Position numbers and translations under genes: made by a program. From positions 44,650 to 108,649 of the forward strand of contig JAZQJH010000036.1 of NCBI GenBank assembly GCA_045541555.1: 64,000 nt of DNA, given 5' to 3'. The notes beneath the pieces were generated by a model. That model did no database searches. It saw only the letters and a list, made by a program, of their open reading frames with translations, and had not been told where the DNA came from. Position 1 is the first letter of the stretch. Every line of letters begins with the position of its first letter. Shown here one piece after another: positions 26,196 through 35,855 of this stretch. Source of the DNA: Eubacteriales bacterium. GTDB lineage: Bacteria > Bacillota > Clostridia > Oscillospirales > QAKW01.

Positions 26196-28229
26196 ATGAG
26201 TTTTGAACCGAAAGACTCAAAATCTACATTAGATGAGATCATGGCAAAAATCAATGAGATTCAGCAGGAAAGCCAAGCAGAGGAATCTACAAAGCGGTTG
26301 ATCCATGACCATGATAAAGTTTTAAATGAGGCGGAGGATGTCCCTTTTCCGATTGATGAAGAACTTTTTGATTTGATCAAAGAGGAAAGAACGGTTTCTG
26401 CCGAACCCGAAAAGGAAAAATCGGTCATACGACGTTTATTGGACGGGGAAGAGGACGAGAACGAAGAACACGAAGAGCCTGTGACTCGTTCTATCATTTT
26501 CGATGATGTGCCGGAGAATATCGCGGATATTGAAGATTTTGAGGCAGAAGAGGATCGCGATGAAATCTATCGCGATTTGAAAAACACCGTAGGAAAAATG
26601 GCAGTGAAGATGATTTTTATCTTCTTTATCTGCTTGGTGTCCATTTATCTTTTTGTTGCCGGATTTCATCCTGCTTTATTTGGTGGGAATGTTGACACCC
26701 CTTGGTTTGATGCGGCTTTCTTGGCGGTGGACGCACTTTGCATCTTTGTTTCTTTTGGTATTTTTACGCAAGGTCTCGGTCATTTGCTTCGTTTACGTGC
26801 AGATACTGATACGTTATTGGCGTTGCTTTCGATTTCGTTGGTGATCGTGCGTGTGATTGCACTGATTAAACCCGATCTTTTTGATTATGAGCTTAGTTTT
26901 GAGCCAATGCTGACGATCGGACTTCTTTATAATGTGATTGCCAAGAAGAAGATTGCAACTAACATTAAAAAGAACTTTAAATTTATTTCAACTTCGGGAG
27001 ATAAGCTGACAGCAACGGCTCCTCCTTCTTGCGAAGTGAATAATGATGTGATATTGGAGACCGGGGAGGGCGGAGAGATCGTCTATGCACATTCCACCGG
27101 ATTGGTTTCAAAGTTTATTGACCATAGTTACAGTGATTTTGAGTGGGATTCCAAGCTTCAGCATTTTTTCTTTGTAATCTTAGTCGCTGTGGTGGCTGGC
27201 ACTATTGTAGTATCGCAATTGACCGGTTGGGGGGCAGCTCTTTTATTTCCGTCTGCGGCAATATCTATCACGACCCCGTTTTTTTCGCGTTATTTCTATG
27301 CGAATTCAATGGCAAAGATCGGCAAAAAAACACGTAAAAATGGCGGAATTCTAACTTCTGCAAATTCAGCAAAAGAACTCTTTAATTCTGATTTAGTCGT
27401 ACTTTCCGAAGAAGATTTCCTGGGAAACGAAGCGGTCTTACTGCAGGGAGTGAAGGCGATGGGAGACGTTCAGATTGATGATTTGATCACCAATATCGCG
27501 GCGCTGTTTAATGCAGTGGGGACTCCTCTGAAGCCTCTTTTTTTAAAGATGATCGATCAAAACAGTGTTTCTTTGCCCCGCGTGGATGATATTTATTACC
27601 ACGAAGGGATGGGATACACCTGTTTGATCCACAGTAAAATGTTCTTGGTCGGGAATGATCGTCTGATGGAAAAGTTTAATATCGACTTTCCAAAAGCTTT
27701 GAAAGAGTTGAAGCTGAAGGACTGCAGATTTCCTGTATATGTGGCCTATCAATGTTTACCTGCGGGTATTTTTATTGCCAGTTATGAAAGGAATAAGCAT
27801 ACCGAAGCGATGGTGCACCTGGCTGAAGAGGGGCAGATCGGCATTGGAATTGTATCGAAAGACTTTCTCTTTGACCGTGATCTCTTGAAACGTCTTTATC
27901 CGGGTGTTCAATCCGAATTATTCCATTTCTTGTCTGCAAAAACCGGCTCTGCATGCTCGCCGCTTTTAGAGAGAGTTTCTAAGTCTCCGGATTTGATTGG
28001 TTCCGTTACCGGTGCCAGAGGAATATTCTCTTGCTTGAATGGCGCAAAAAAATTGGTTTCTGCTTTAAAAATCAATACAATTATTCGTGTTTTATACCCA
28101 ATTTTAGCGTTGGCGTTGATCTTTTTTATCGCTTTGGCCGGTTATTCTGCCAATACAGCTTTGCAAATTTTGGCGTTTCAGGCAATTTGGTTTATCCCGG
28201 TTGCTGTGATTTGTACTTTTTGCAAATAA
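26196..28229 (+). CDS. Degenerate P1B-like ATPase homolog with acidic N-terminal domain
   Basis: DTDTLLAL, FPSAAISITTP (CPC position), SDLVVLSEED (DKTGT position), EGMG..FLVGNDRLM. Confidence 0.65.
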   Translation: MSFEPKDSKSTLDEIMAKINEIQQESQAEESTKRLIHDHDKVLNEAEDVPFPIDEELFDLIKEERTVSAEPEKEKSVIRRLLDGEEDENEEHEEPVTRSIIFDDVPENIADIEDFEAEEDRDEIYRDLKNTVGKMAVKMIFIFFICLVSIYLFVAGFHPALFGGNVDTPWFDAAFLAVDALCIFVSFGIFTQGLGHLLRLRADTDTLLALLSISLVIVRVIALIKPDLFDYELSFEPMLTIGLLYNVIAKKKIATNIKKNFKFISTSGDKLTATAPPSCEVNNDVILETGEGGEIVYAHSTGLVSKFIDHSYSDFEWDSKLQHFFFVILVAVVAGTIVVSQLTGWGAALLFPSAAISITTPFFSRYFYANSMAKIGKKTRKNGGILTSANSAKELFNSDLVVLSEEDFLGNEAVLLQGVKAMGDVQIDDLITNIAALFNAVGTPLKPLFLKMIDQNSVSLPRVDDIYYHEGMGYTCLIHSKMFLVGNDRLMEKFNIDFPKALKELKLKDCRFPVYVAYQCLPAGIFIASYERNKHTEAMVHLAEEGQIGIGIVSKDFLFDRDLLKRLYPGVQSELFHFLSAKTGSACSPLLERVSKSPDLIGSVTGARGIFSCLNGAKKLVSALKINTIIRVLYPILALALIFFIALAGYSANTALQILAFQAIWFIPVAVICTFCK

Positions 28230-28241
28230 TTATTTAAATGC

Positions 28242-28270
28242 TTGCATTTTGTTTGGTGATATTGTATAAT
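28242..28270 (+). promoter_or_regulatory. SigA promoter of the EF-G paralog
   Basis: TTGCAT-17 bp-TATAAT. Confidence 0.75.
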
Positions 28271-28325
28271 GTATTCATGAATTATTTTTAGCGTTCCATC
28301 CGGAGTCGCGAAAGGAGATCTAATC

Positions 28326-30377
28326 ATGAGCACACCTGCAAAAGACATTCGTAACGTATGTTTGATCGGTCATAAAGGGAATGGTAAAACTACCCTGGCC
28401 GAGTCTATGCTTTATTTCAGTAAAATAATCGAACGGTTAGGTAAGACCGAGCAAGGTAATACGATTCTCGATTTTGACGCTGAAGAAATTAAGCGTAAAT
28501 GTTCGATTTCTCTTTCGATGGCTTCTTTTGAATATAAGAAGACCAAGATTAATTTGATTGATGTTCCCGGCAACTATGATTATGAAGGCGATCAGCTTTC
28601 CGGTCTGGAAGTGGCCGATCTTGCATTGATTGTTCTTAATGCAAAGAATACCGTCTCTGTCGGTACCGAAAAAGCTTGGCAGAAAACCGAGAAGAAGATG
28701 ATGCCACGTGCATTCTTTATTGCAGGCTTGGACGATGAAAATTCCGACTTTTATAGTATTGTTGAGCAGTTGCACGCTAAATTTGGTGCAAATCAGATTC
28801 TGCCGATTACCTTACCGATCATTGAGGATAATAAACTGGTCGGTACGGTAAACGTTATTACCAATGAAGGTTATCGTTTTGGTCAGGGTGTTGTGCCTGT
28901 TCCCGCTAATATGCAGGATAAGGTTAATACTTATTATCATTCCGCACTGGAGGCAATTGCCGAGACGGATGATGCTTTGATGGATAAATTCTTTGCAGAT
29001 GAAGAGTTTACCAAGGATGAGTTGGGCGAGGGCCTGAAAAAAGCAGTCGCAATGCGCTTGATCTATCCCATCTTCTGCGGTGTGCCGACGGAAGTTCGCG
29101 GTATTTATCAGTTGCTGGAGGCGATTGTGGATTATTTCCCCACTCCTCTTTGCAATGGTGCTACCAAGGCTCTTAAAAATGGAGATGAGGTTGATCTGGA
29201 GTGTAATCCTGACGGGCCCATGGTCCTGCGCGTATTCAAAACTGTAGCCGACCCGTTTGTGGGAAAGATGTCTTTCTTCAAGGTGTACTCCGGTACGGTT
29301 AAAAAGGATAAATCGTATCTGAATACAAAACGCGGCGAAAGCGAAAAGATTGCTCATGTTTATACGCCGTTTGGTAAAAAGCAAAATGAAGTTGATGAAT
29401 TGCAAGCCGGCGATATTGGCGTATTTACTAAACTTTCCATTACCGGTACCTCAGACGTGCTTTGTGATAAAGATTTTCCGGTTACAATTCCGGCGATCGA
29501 ATTCCCGAAAGCAAATTATAGTAAGGCGGTCATCTCCAAGGCAAAAGGCGATGAAGAAAAGATTGCTCAAGGTATTAACCGCATGATCGAAGAGGATCCT
29601 ACCCTTAAAATGAAGGTGGATGCTGAAACCAAGCAGATGGTTCTCTCGGGTTTCGGCGATCTTCAATTGGATGTCGTTGTATCGAAGCTTGCTTCTAAGT
29701 TTGGTGTTAATGTGGAATTGGGAGAAGTGAAAGTACCTTATCGCGAAGCAATCCGCAAGAAAGTTAAGGTGGAAGGAAAGCATAAGAAGCAGTCCGGCGG
29801 TCATGGTCAGTATGGTCATGTGTGGATTGAGTTTGAGCCGCTGTATGAAGGTGAATTTGAATTTGCCGAGTCGGTATTTGGCGGTGCTGTGCCGAAGAAC
29901 TATTTCCCGGCAGTTGAAAAGGGGTTGCGTGAGTCTATTACAAAGGGTGTTTTGGCCGGTTATCCTGTGACCGGTTTGAAGGCGACCTTGCTGGATGGTT
30001 CATATCACCCGGTTGATTCTTCTGAAATGGCGTTTAAGACTGCGGCATCGATCGCCTTTAAAGAGGGTATGAAGGCTGCCAATCCCGTCCTTTTGGAGCC
30101 GGTTGGTTCTCTTACCGTTCATGTATCGGATGCTTTGATGGGCGATATTATTGGAGATATTAATAAGCGTCGTGGTCAAATTCTTTCGATGGATGCTTCT
30201 GAAACCAGAGGCTATAAGATCGTTACCGCTACAGTTCCGATGAGCGAAATGAATTCTTATGCAATGGATCTTAGAAGCATGACCCATGCACGTGCTACCT
30301 TTAACCTTGAGTTTTTGGAGTATCGTGAGGCTCCGGCGAACATCACGCAAAAGGTTATCGCTGAAAAAGCAGAATAA
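28326..30377 (+). CDS. fusA2: Elongation factor G paralog (EF-G2-like)
   Basis: GHKGNGKT, EEDPT, PYRE, KKQSGGHGQYG, GSYHPVDSSEMAF; not in the str operon. Confidence 0.9.
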   Translation: MSTPAKDIRNVCLIGHKGNGKTTLAESMLYFSKIIERLGKTEQGNTILDFDAEEIKRKCSISLSMASFEYKKTKINLIDVPGNYDYEGDQLSGLEVADLALIVLNAKNTVSVGTEKAWQKTEKKMMPRAFFIAGLDDENSDFYSIVEQLHAKFGANQILPITLPIIEDNKLVGTVNVITNEGYRFGQGVVPVPANMQDKVNTYYHSALEAIAETDDALMDKFFADEEFTKDELGEGLKKAVAMRLIYPIFCGVPTEVRGIYQLLEAIVDYFPTPLCNGATKALKNGDEVDLECNPDGPMVLRVFKTVADPFVGKMSFFKVYSGTVKKDKSYLNTKRGESEKIAHVYTPFGKKQNEVDELQAGDIGVFTKLSITGTSDVLCDKDFPVTIPAIEFPKANYSKAVISKAKGDEEKIAQGINRMIEEDPTLKMKVDAETKQMVLSGFGDLQLDVVVSKLASKFGVNVELGEVKVPYREAIRKKVKVEGKHKKQSGGHGQYGHVWIEFEPLYEGEFEFAESVFGGAVPKNYFPAVEKGLRESITKGVLAGYPVTGLKATLLDGSYHPVDSSEMAFKTAASIAFKEGMKAANPVLLEPVGSLTVHVSDALMGDIIGDINKRRGQILSMDASETRGYKIVTATVPMSEMNSYAMDLRSMTHARATFNLEFLEYREAPANITQKVIAEKAE

Positions 30378-30431
30378 ACTGAAAAAACAGACCATATAAA
30401 TTATTGAAATCAATTCGGAAGAGGGTTGCTC

Positions 30432-30896
30432 ATGTTTATATGGTCTGTTAAATTAAATCGCAATTTAATATGGGGCTTTTGCGCTGCACTTTGCCTTTCT
30501 ATTGGTGGAATTGCGGTCTTTACTCCGAAGAATTCTACCGACGTATTGAAAAGTGCGGTGAATACTGCCGGCAAAACGACTGAACAGCAGATTGCGTTTT
30601 TGAATTCGTTTGGTTATGAGGTGGAAGCAGAGCCTGCCTTGATTGAAGAAGTGATTATTCCGACGGAATTTGACGAAAAATATACGGCATATAATAACTA
30701 TCAGAAATTAAGCGGCTTTGATCTTACTAAACATAAGGGCGACCGTGTTAAAAAATACACTTATAAAGTGACCAACTATCCCAATCAGAAGAGTGGTGTC
30801 AATGCCAATATTCTGGTTTATAAAGGAAAGGTTATCGGTGGAGATGTTTCTGCCGCAACTTTGGATGGCTTTGTTCACGGCTTTGTGAAAGAATAG
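30432..30896 (+). CDS. DUF4830-like protein
   Basis: N-terminal TM helix; IIPTEFD..Y..YN..QK.SGFDL..HKG..VKKYTY; KVIGGDV. Confidence 0.75.
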   Translation: MFIWSVKLNRNLIWGFCAALCLSIGGIAVFTPKNSTDVLKSAVNTAGKTTEQQIAFLNSFGYEVEAEPALIEEVIIPTEFDEKYTAYNNYQKLSGFDLTKHKGDRVKKYTYKVTNYPNQKSGVNANILVYKGKVIGGDVSAATLDGFVHGFVKE

Positions 30897-30900
30897 GGAT

Positions 30901-30928
30901 GGCTGCGCCGGATACGGCGCAGCCTTTT
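30901..30928 (+). terminator. Terminator
   Basis: ggctgcgccg-gata-cggcgcagcctttt. Confidence 0.8.
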
Positions 30929-30935
30929 GAAGGAA

Positions 30936-31634
30936 ATGAGACTGGACAAATTTTTATGTGATACTTTGAATATGACACGTACCGAGGCTAAGAAGGCAAT
31001 TTCAAAAGGACGTGTTACCCTGGGAGGCATTCCTGCTAAAAGCGGAAGTTTGCAGGTGGGAGAAGGGGAGGTCTGCCTCGATCAAGTTCCGGTGGTCTAC
31101 CAACGATATTTTTATATCATGCTCCATAAGCCGGAAGGGTATGTTTGTGCAAATCGTGACAGTAAAAGTAAAACGGTTTTTGATTTGTTACCTGCTGAAT
31201 ATCAAAAAAAGGATCTCTTTGTTTGCGGTCGCTTAGATAAAGATACGACGGGTCTGGTATTGATCACCAATCACGGAGACTTGGCGCATCGCTTACTTGC
31301 ACCAAAAAAAGAAATCTTTAAGGAATACCTCGTTACCCTGCGTGATAGGGTGACGGATGATGATATTTGTCGGCTGAAGAACGGAATTGTTTTAAAGGAT
31401 GGCTTGGTATGTAAACCGGCATATTTTCAGCAATACGAGGATCGCTATGGACTTTTGAGGATCTCGGAAGGAAAGTATCATCAAATCAAGCGAATGTTTG
31501 CGTCGCTTGGAAATGAAGTGGTTGGCTTACATCGAAAAGCGATACACGGTCTTTCGCTGGATCCCAATTTGCCGGTGGGGGAATGCCGTTATTTAACAGA
31601 GGAGGAGATTATTTCTCTGAAATCGGTGGAATAA
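30936..31634 (+). CDS. RsuA-family pseudouridine synthase
   Basis: MRLDKFL S4 domain, GRLDKDTTGL, ISEGKYHQIKRM. Confidence 0.9.
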   Translation: MRLDKFLCDTLNMTRTEAKKAISKGRVTLGGIPAKSGSLQVGEGEVCLDQVPVVYQRYFYIMLHKPEGYVCANRDSKSKTVFDLLPAEYQKKDLFVCGRLDKDTTGLVLITNHGDLAHRLLAPKKEIFKEYLVTLRDRVTDDDICRLKNGIVLKDGLVCKPAYFQQYEDRYGLLRISEGKYHQIKRMFASLGNEVVGLHRKAIHGLSLDPNLPVGECRYLTEEEIISLKSVE

Positions 31635-31698
31635 TAGGATTGAAATGTTGGTCATATCCGCTAAAAAAGTAGCCAATTATTTTTTTGACAAAACCAAT

Positions 31699-31715
31699 TT
31701 GTGCACTATAAACAA
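31699..31715. promoter_or_regulatory. Candidate TTGT-N9-ACAA operator upstream of msmX
   Basis: ttgtgcactataaacaa, upstream of an extended -10 (TGgTATAGT at 31768-31776) with a weak -35. Confidence 0.6.
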
Positions 31716-31817
31716 ATTGTAAACATTAAATTTGTTCAAAAAAAGTATTTCAATTTTGCTATTGTTGTGGTATAGTATATATCAGTAAATCTATTGCTTT
31801 ATCAGGAGGTTTAACAC

Positions 31818-32927
31818 ATGGCAAGTTTGTCATTGAAAGGTATTTACAAAAGATATCCCGGCGGTGTAGTCGCAGTTTCTGATTTCAATCTTGAGATTGA
31901 AGATAAGGAGTTCTTGGTTCTCGTCGGTCCTTCCGGTTGCGGTAAGTCTACCACCCTTAGAATGATCGCAGGCCTGGAGGAAATCACGGAAGGTGAGCTG
32001 TTTATCGGCGACAAGCTGGTGAACGACGTTGCTCCTAAGGACAGAGATATTGCAATGGTGTTCCAGAACTACGCTCTGTATCCTCATATGACTTGTTTTG
32101 ACAACATGGCATTTGGTCTGAAGCTGAGAAAGACTCCCAAGGAGGAGATCAAGAGAAGAGTAGAAGAAGCTGCTAAGATCTTGGACATCAGCCATTTGCT
32201 CGACAGAAAGCCCAAGGCTTTGTCCGGTGGTCAGCGTCAGCGTGTTGCTCTGGGTCGTGCTATCGTCCGTGAGCCGAAGGTATTCTTGCTTGACGAGCCT
32301 CTTTCCAACTTGGATGCTAAGCTCCGTGCTCAGATGAGAACCGAGCTTTCTAAGATTCATCATAATTTAAAGACCACCTTCATCTATGTAACCCATGACC
32401 AGACCGAGGCTATGACCATGGCAACTCGTATCGTTGTTATGAAAGACGGTCTGATCCAGCAGGTTGATACTCCTCAGAATCTGTATCTCTATCCCTGCAA
32501 TATGTTCGTTGCTGGATTTATCGGTTCTCCTCAGATGAACTTTGTTAAGGTTGATCTGGTCGAGAAGAACGGCGACTATTACGTTGAGTTCGCCGGTAAC
32601 TCCCTGAAACTGCCCGAATCCAAGATCAATGATGAAGTTAAGGAAAAGGCTGGTCAGAAGGTTATTCTCGGTATTCGTCCCGAGCATGTTCATGATGAGG
32701 AAGAGTACCTGGCTAAGTTGCCTGAGTATACCATTACTTGCAACGTTGAAGTTGCTGAGTTGATGGGTTCTGAGACTTATCTGTATTTGGAGATCGAGGG
32801 TAATAAGTTTACCGCTCGCGTTTCTCCTAAGTCTACTGCTGCTGCCGATGATGTTATCAAGGCTGCTCTGGATCTCTCTTATTGCCATCTCTTTGATGCT
32901 GAAACTGAGAGAACTTTGATTAACTAA
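31818..32927 (+). CDS. msmX: Multiple-sugar ABC transporter ATP-binding protein (MsmX/MalK family)
   Basis: [33 protein letters not shown]-terminal OB/TOBE region. Confidence 0.93.
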   Translation: MASLSLKGIYKRYPGGVVAVSDFNLEIEDKEFLVLVGPSGCGKSTTLRMIAGLEEITEGELFIGDKLVNDVAPKDRDIAMVFQNYALYPHMTCFDNMAFGLKLRKTPKEEIKRRVEEAAKILDISHLLDRKPKALSGGQRQRVALGRAIVREPKVFLLDEPLSNLDAKLRAQMRTELSKIHHNLKTTFIYVTHDQTEAMTMATRIVVMKDGLIQQVDTPQNLYLYPCNMFVAGFIGSPQMNFVKVDLVEKNGDYYVEFAGNSLKLPESKINDEVKEKAGQKVILGIRPEHVHDEEEYLAKLPEYTITCNVEVAELMGSETYLYLEIEGNKFTARVSPKSTAAADDVIKAALDLSYCHLFDAETERTLIN

Positions 32928-32940
32928 TTTGATTTTTGGG

Positions 32941-32968
32941 GCCTCGCTTTTGCGAGGCGCGTTTTTCT
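32941..32968 (+). terminator. Terminator after msmX
   Basis: gcctcgc-tttt-gcgaggc followed by a T-rich tract. Confidence 0.7.
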
Positions 32969-33063
32969 TATCCATTTTGTCGAACGTTTTTTGCAATAAT
33001 ATTTGTTTTTGTTTGCATCTTTGAACAACGAAATTGACTGTAAAATGGTATTTTTTTACCCCG

Positions 33064-33128
33064 TTGTGCAATGTTAACAAATTATTTTAATAAAAACTGT
33101 TGAAATCGTTGCGAGTTTGTTGTAAAAT
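33064..33128 (+). promoter_or_regulatory. TTGT-N9-ACAA site (33064-33080) and SigA promoter of the CdaR gene
   Basis: ttgtgcaatgttaacaa; TTGAAA(33100)-17 bp-TAAAAT(33123). Confidence 0.65.
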
Positions 33129-33171
33129 ATTATCAGCATTATAGTCAAAATGTATAGGAGGATTTTTGTAC

Positions 33172-34257
33172 ATGTCCAATCGTTTTTTTCAGAGTGTTGT
33201 ATACCAGTTAAAGGATAGCATCGACCGCACAGTAGGTGTTATTGATGAGAACGGTACCGTGATCTCTTGCAGTGATTTGATCAAGATCGGAGAGGTTCAT
33301 GAAAATGTGATCTCCTCTATTTCTGCTACCATGGAGAGCATCGTTGAAGATGGTTATACATATAAGCCTCTTAATTCTCGTACCGGTCTGGAGTATGTTG
33401 CATTTGTTGAGGGAACCGATGAGATGGCTGCAAAATACATTAATCTCATCACTATTACTTTGACCAATGTGAAGCAATACTATGATGAGAAATTTGATAA
33501 GAACAACTTTGTAAAGAGTGTTATCTTGGATAATATTTTGCCCGGAGATATTTTCATTAAAGCAAAAGAGCTTCGTTTTGAGGCGGAGGCTTTCCGAGTA
33601 GCGATTCTGATTCGTTTGTCTGATAAGAGTGATGTATCTGCGTATGATATTCTTCAGGGACTTTTCCCCGACCGGCAGAAAGATTTTATTATTAATATCA
33701 ATGAAACAGACCTTGTGCTTGTGAAAGAAGTGAAGAGCTTCAACGATAATAAAGATCTGGAAAAATTGGCTAAGAGTATTATTGATATTGTCAGCAGTGA
33801 GCTTTATATCAAGGCTTACGTCGGTATCGGTACGATTGTTGATAACATTCGTGATCTGCCGCGTTCTTTCAATGAAGCGCAGATTGCATTAGAGGTCGGC
33901 AAGGTTTTTGATACCGAAAAGTTTATCATGACCTACGATAACCTTGGAATTGGTCGTTTGATTTATCAATTGCCCACCACTCTTTGCGAGATGTTCCTTT
34001 CTGAAGTGTTTAAGAAGGGATCCATCGAGTCTCTTGATTATGAAACACTCTTTACCATTCAAAAATTCTTTGAAAACAATCTGAATGTATCCGAAACATC
34101 CAGAAAGTTGTTTGTGCATAGAAATACCTTGGTCTACAGATTGGAAAAAATTCGTAAACTGACCGGTTTGGATCTCAGAAGGTTTGATCATGCAATTGTC
34201 TTTAAGGTTGCTTTGATGGTCAAGCGTTATTTGACGTCCAATCCTACTAAATTTTAA
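33172..34257 (+). CDS. CdaR/PucR family transcriptional regulator
   Basis: GGDEF-like middle region (VGIG, SFNEAQIALEVG); C-terminal HTH FFENNLNVSETSRKLFVHRNTLVYRLEKI. Confidence 0.92.
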   Translation: MSNRFFQSVVYQLKDSIDRTVGVIDENGTVISCSDLIKIGEVHENVISSISATMESIVEDGYTYKPLNSRTGLEYVAFVEGTDEMAAKYINLITITLTNVKQYYDEKFDKNNFVKSVILDNILPGDIFIKAKELRFEAEAFRVAILIRLSDKSDVSAYDILQGLFPDRQKDFIININETDLVLVKEVKSFNDNKDLEKLAKSIIDIVSSELYIKAYVGIGTIVDNIRDLPRSFNEAQIALEVGKVFDTEKFIMTYDNLGIGRLIYQLPTTLCEMFLSEVFKKGSIESLDYETLFTIQKFFENNLNVSETSRKLFVHRNTLVYRLEKIRKLTGLDLRRFDHAIVFKVALMVKRYLTSNPTKF

Positions 34258-34269
34258 TTAGGAGTTATC

Positions 34270-34956
34270 ATGATCTTATTTGATGATGTTTATAAAAGCT
34301 ATCCAAATGGTACGAATGCGCTGAACGGTGTGACCTTTAAAATCGAAGACGGAGAATTTGTCTTTGTCGTTGGTCCCAGCGGTGCCGGAAAAAGTACGGT
34401 CATTAAATTATTAATGCACGAAGAGGTTCCTACCGGCGGTGTCGTCCGCGTGGGGGACTTTGATATTAAAAAAATGCGGAATTCTAAGGTGCCCATGCTG
34501 CGCCGTAGTATGGGTGTCGTCTTTCAGGACTTCCGCTTGATCGATACGCTTACTGTTTACGATAATGTTGCCTTTGCCATGCGTGCCGTTGGTTGCTCTC
34601 AACGCACCATTCGCCGCCGTGTACCCTATGTTCTCGGCGTCGTTGACTTGGGTCATAAGGCGAAGAATTATCCGCCTGAGCTCTCCGGCGGTGAGCAGCA
34701 GCGTGTTGCGTTGGCTCGCGCGTTGGTGAATAATCCGCGTCTTATTATAGCAGATGAGCCGACCGGTAACGTGGATCCTGAGATGGCACGCGAAATTATG
34801 GAACTTTTGAATCAAATCAATCAGAATGGCACGACTGTTATTGTGGTAACCCATGATAACACCCTTGTAAATGAATTTAATAAACGTGTTATTCATATTG
34901 AAAAAGGCCGCGTGGTCAGTGACCAGGTGGGCGGCTATTATGCAGAAGAAGAGTAA
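34270..34956 (+). CDS. ftsE: Cell division ATP-binding protein FtsE
   Basis: [35 protein letters not shown]; next to ftsX. Confidence 0.93.
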   Translation: MILFDDVYKSYPNGTNALNGVTFKIEDGEFVFVVGPSGAGKSTVIKLLMHEEVPTGGVVRVGDFDIKKMRNSKVPMLRRSMGVVFQDFRLIDTLTVYDNVAFAMRAVGCSQRTIRRRVPYVLGVVDLGHKAKNYPPELSGGEQQRVALARALVNNPRLIIADEPTGNVDPEMAREIMELLNQINQNGTTVIVVTHDNTLVNEFNKRVIHIEKGRVVSDQVGGYYAEEE

Positions 34957-34967
34957 GGGGGTGGAGT

Positions 34968-35846
34968 ATGTATTTTTTGCAGTCAGCTTTTAAAAGTATT
35001 CGAAAAAACTATCTGATGACCTTTGCATCGGTTTTTGTTTTAATGGCGTGTATGCTGATTATCGGCTCCGCCTATCTTTGCTCGGCAAATATCGCTGCTT
35101 TTATGGATTCCTTGGGCGAGAAGAACGAGATTGTCGCTTATATTGACGAAGATGTGGAAGAAAGCCACTATTCTTCTTTGCAGGATGAAATTGAAGAGAT
35201 TGAGTTTGTAGAATCTGTTGAGTTTGTCACAAAGGATGAGGCTCTTCAAGAGTATCAGGAGCAATTCGATGAGGATAGCAGTTATTTATCCTGGTTTTAT
35301 GGGGAAGAAAATCCTCTTAGAAATGAATTCCGTATCACAGTAAATGAGAAACATCTTGATGAATTCGAGGGTGTTTCAATGCAGATTTCTTCCATGGACG
35401 AAATCGCCAATATTTCCGATTCTCAGGAAGTAGTTAATGTCTTGATCTCTTTGAAAAAAGTGATGGACATCCTTGGCTTTTGGATTATGGTCATTCTGGC
35501 CTTGGTTTCTTGGTTTATTGTGTCCAATACGATTAAGCTTGCCATGTATAACCGGCGGCATGAGATCAATATTATGAAATACGTTGGCGCAACCAATGCG
35601 TTTATTCGTACACCCTTTATTTTGGAAGGTATCATTATTGGTATTTGCGCTGCCGCTGTTTCCTTTGCAACGCAATGGATCATTTACGTGTATCTGCTGC
35701 AGCCCTTGGTGGCGGATCTCAGTTTTATTACCACCGTTCCCTTTGCTGAACTTACGCCGATGATTGCGGTTTATTTTGGCGGCATTGGTTTACTGGTTGG
35801 TTTGATTGGCAGTGCTTTTTCCATTAACAAGTATTTGAAGGTATAA
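34968..35846 (+). CDS. ftsX: Cell division permease FtsX
   Basis: SNTIKLAMYNRRHEINIMKYVGAT..FIRTPFILEG. Confidence 0.92.
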   Translation: MYFLQSAFKSIRKNYLMTFASVFVLMACMLIIGSAYLCSANIAAFMDSLGEKNEIVAYIDEDVEESHYSSLQDEIEEIEFVESVEFVTKDEALQEYQEQFDEDSSYLSWFYGEENPLRNEFRITVNEKHLDEFEGVSMQISSMDEIANISDSQEVVNVLISLKKVMDILGFWIMVILALVSWFIVSNTIKLAMYNRRHEINIMKYVGATNAFIRTPFILEGIIIGICAAAVSFATQWIIYVYLLQPLVADLSFITTVPFAELTPMIAVYFGGIGLLVGLIGSAFSINKYLKV

Positions 35847-35855
35847 GGTGAATTT

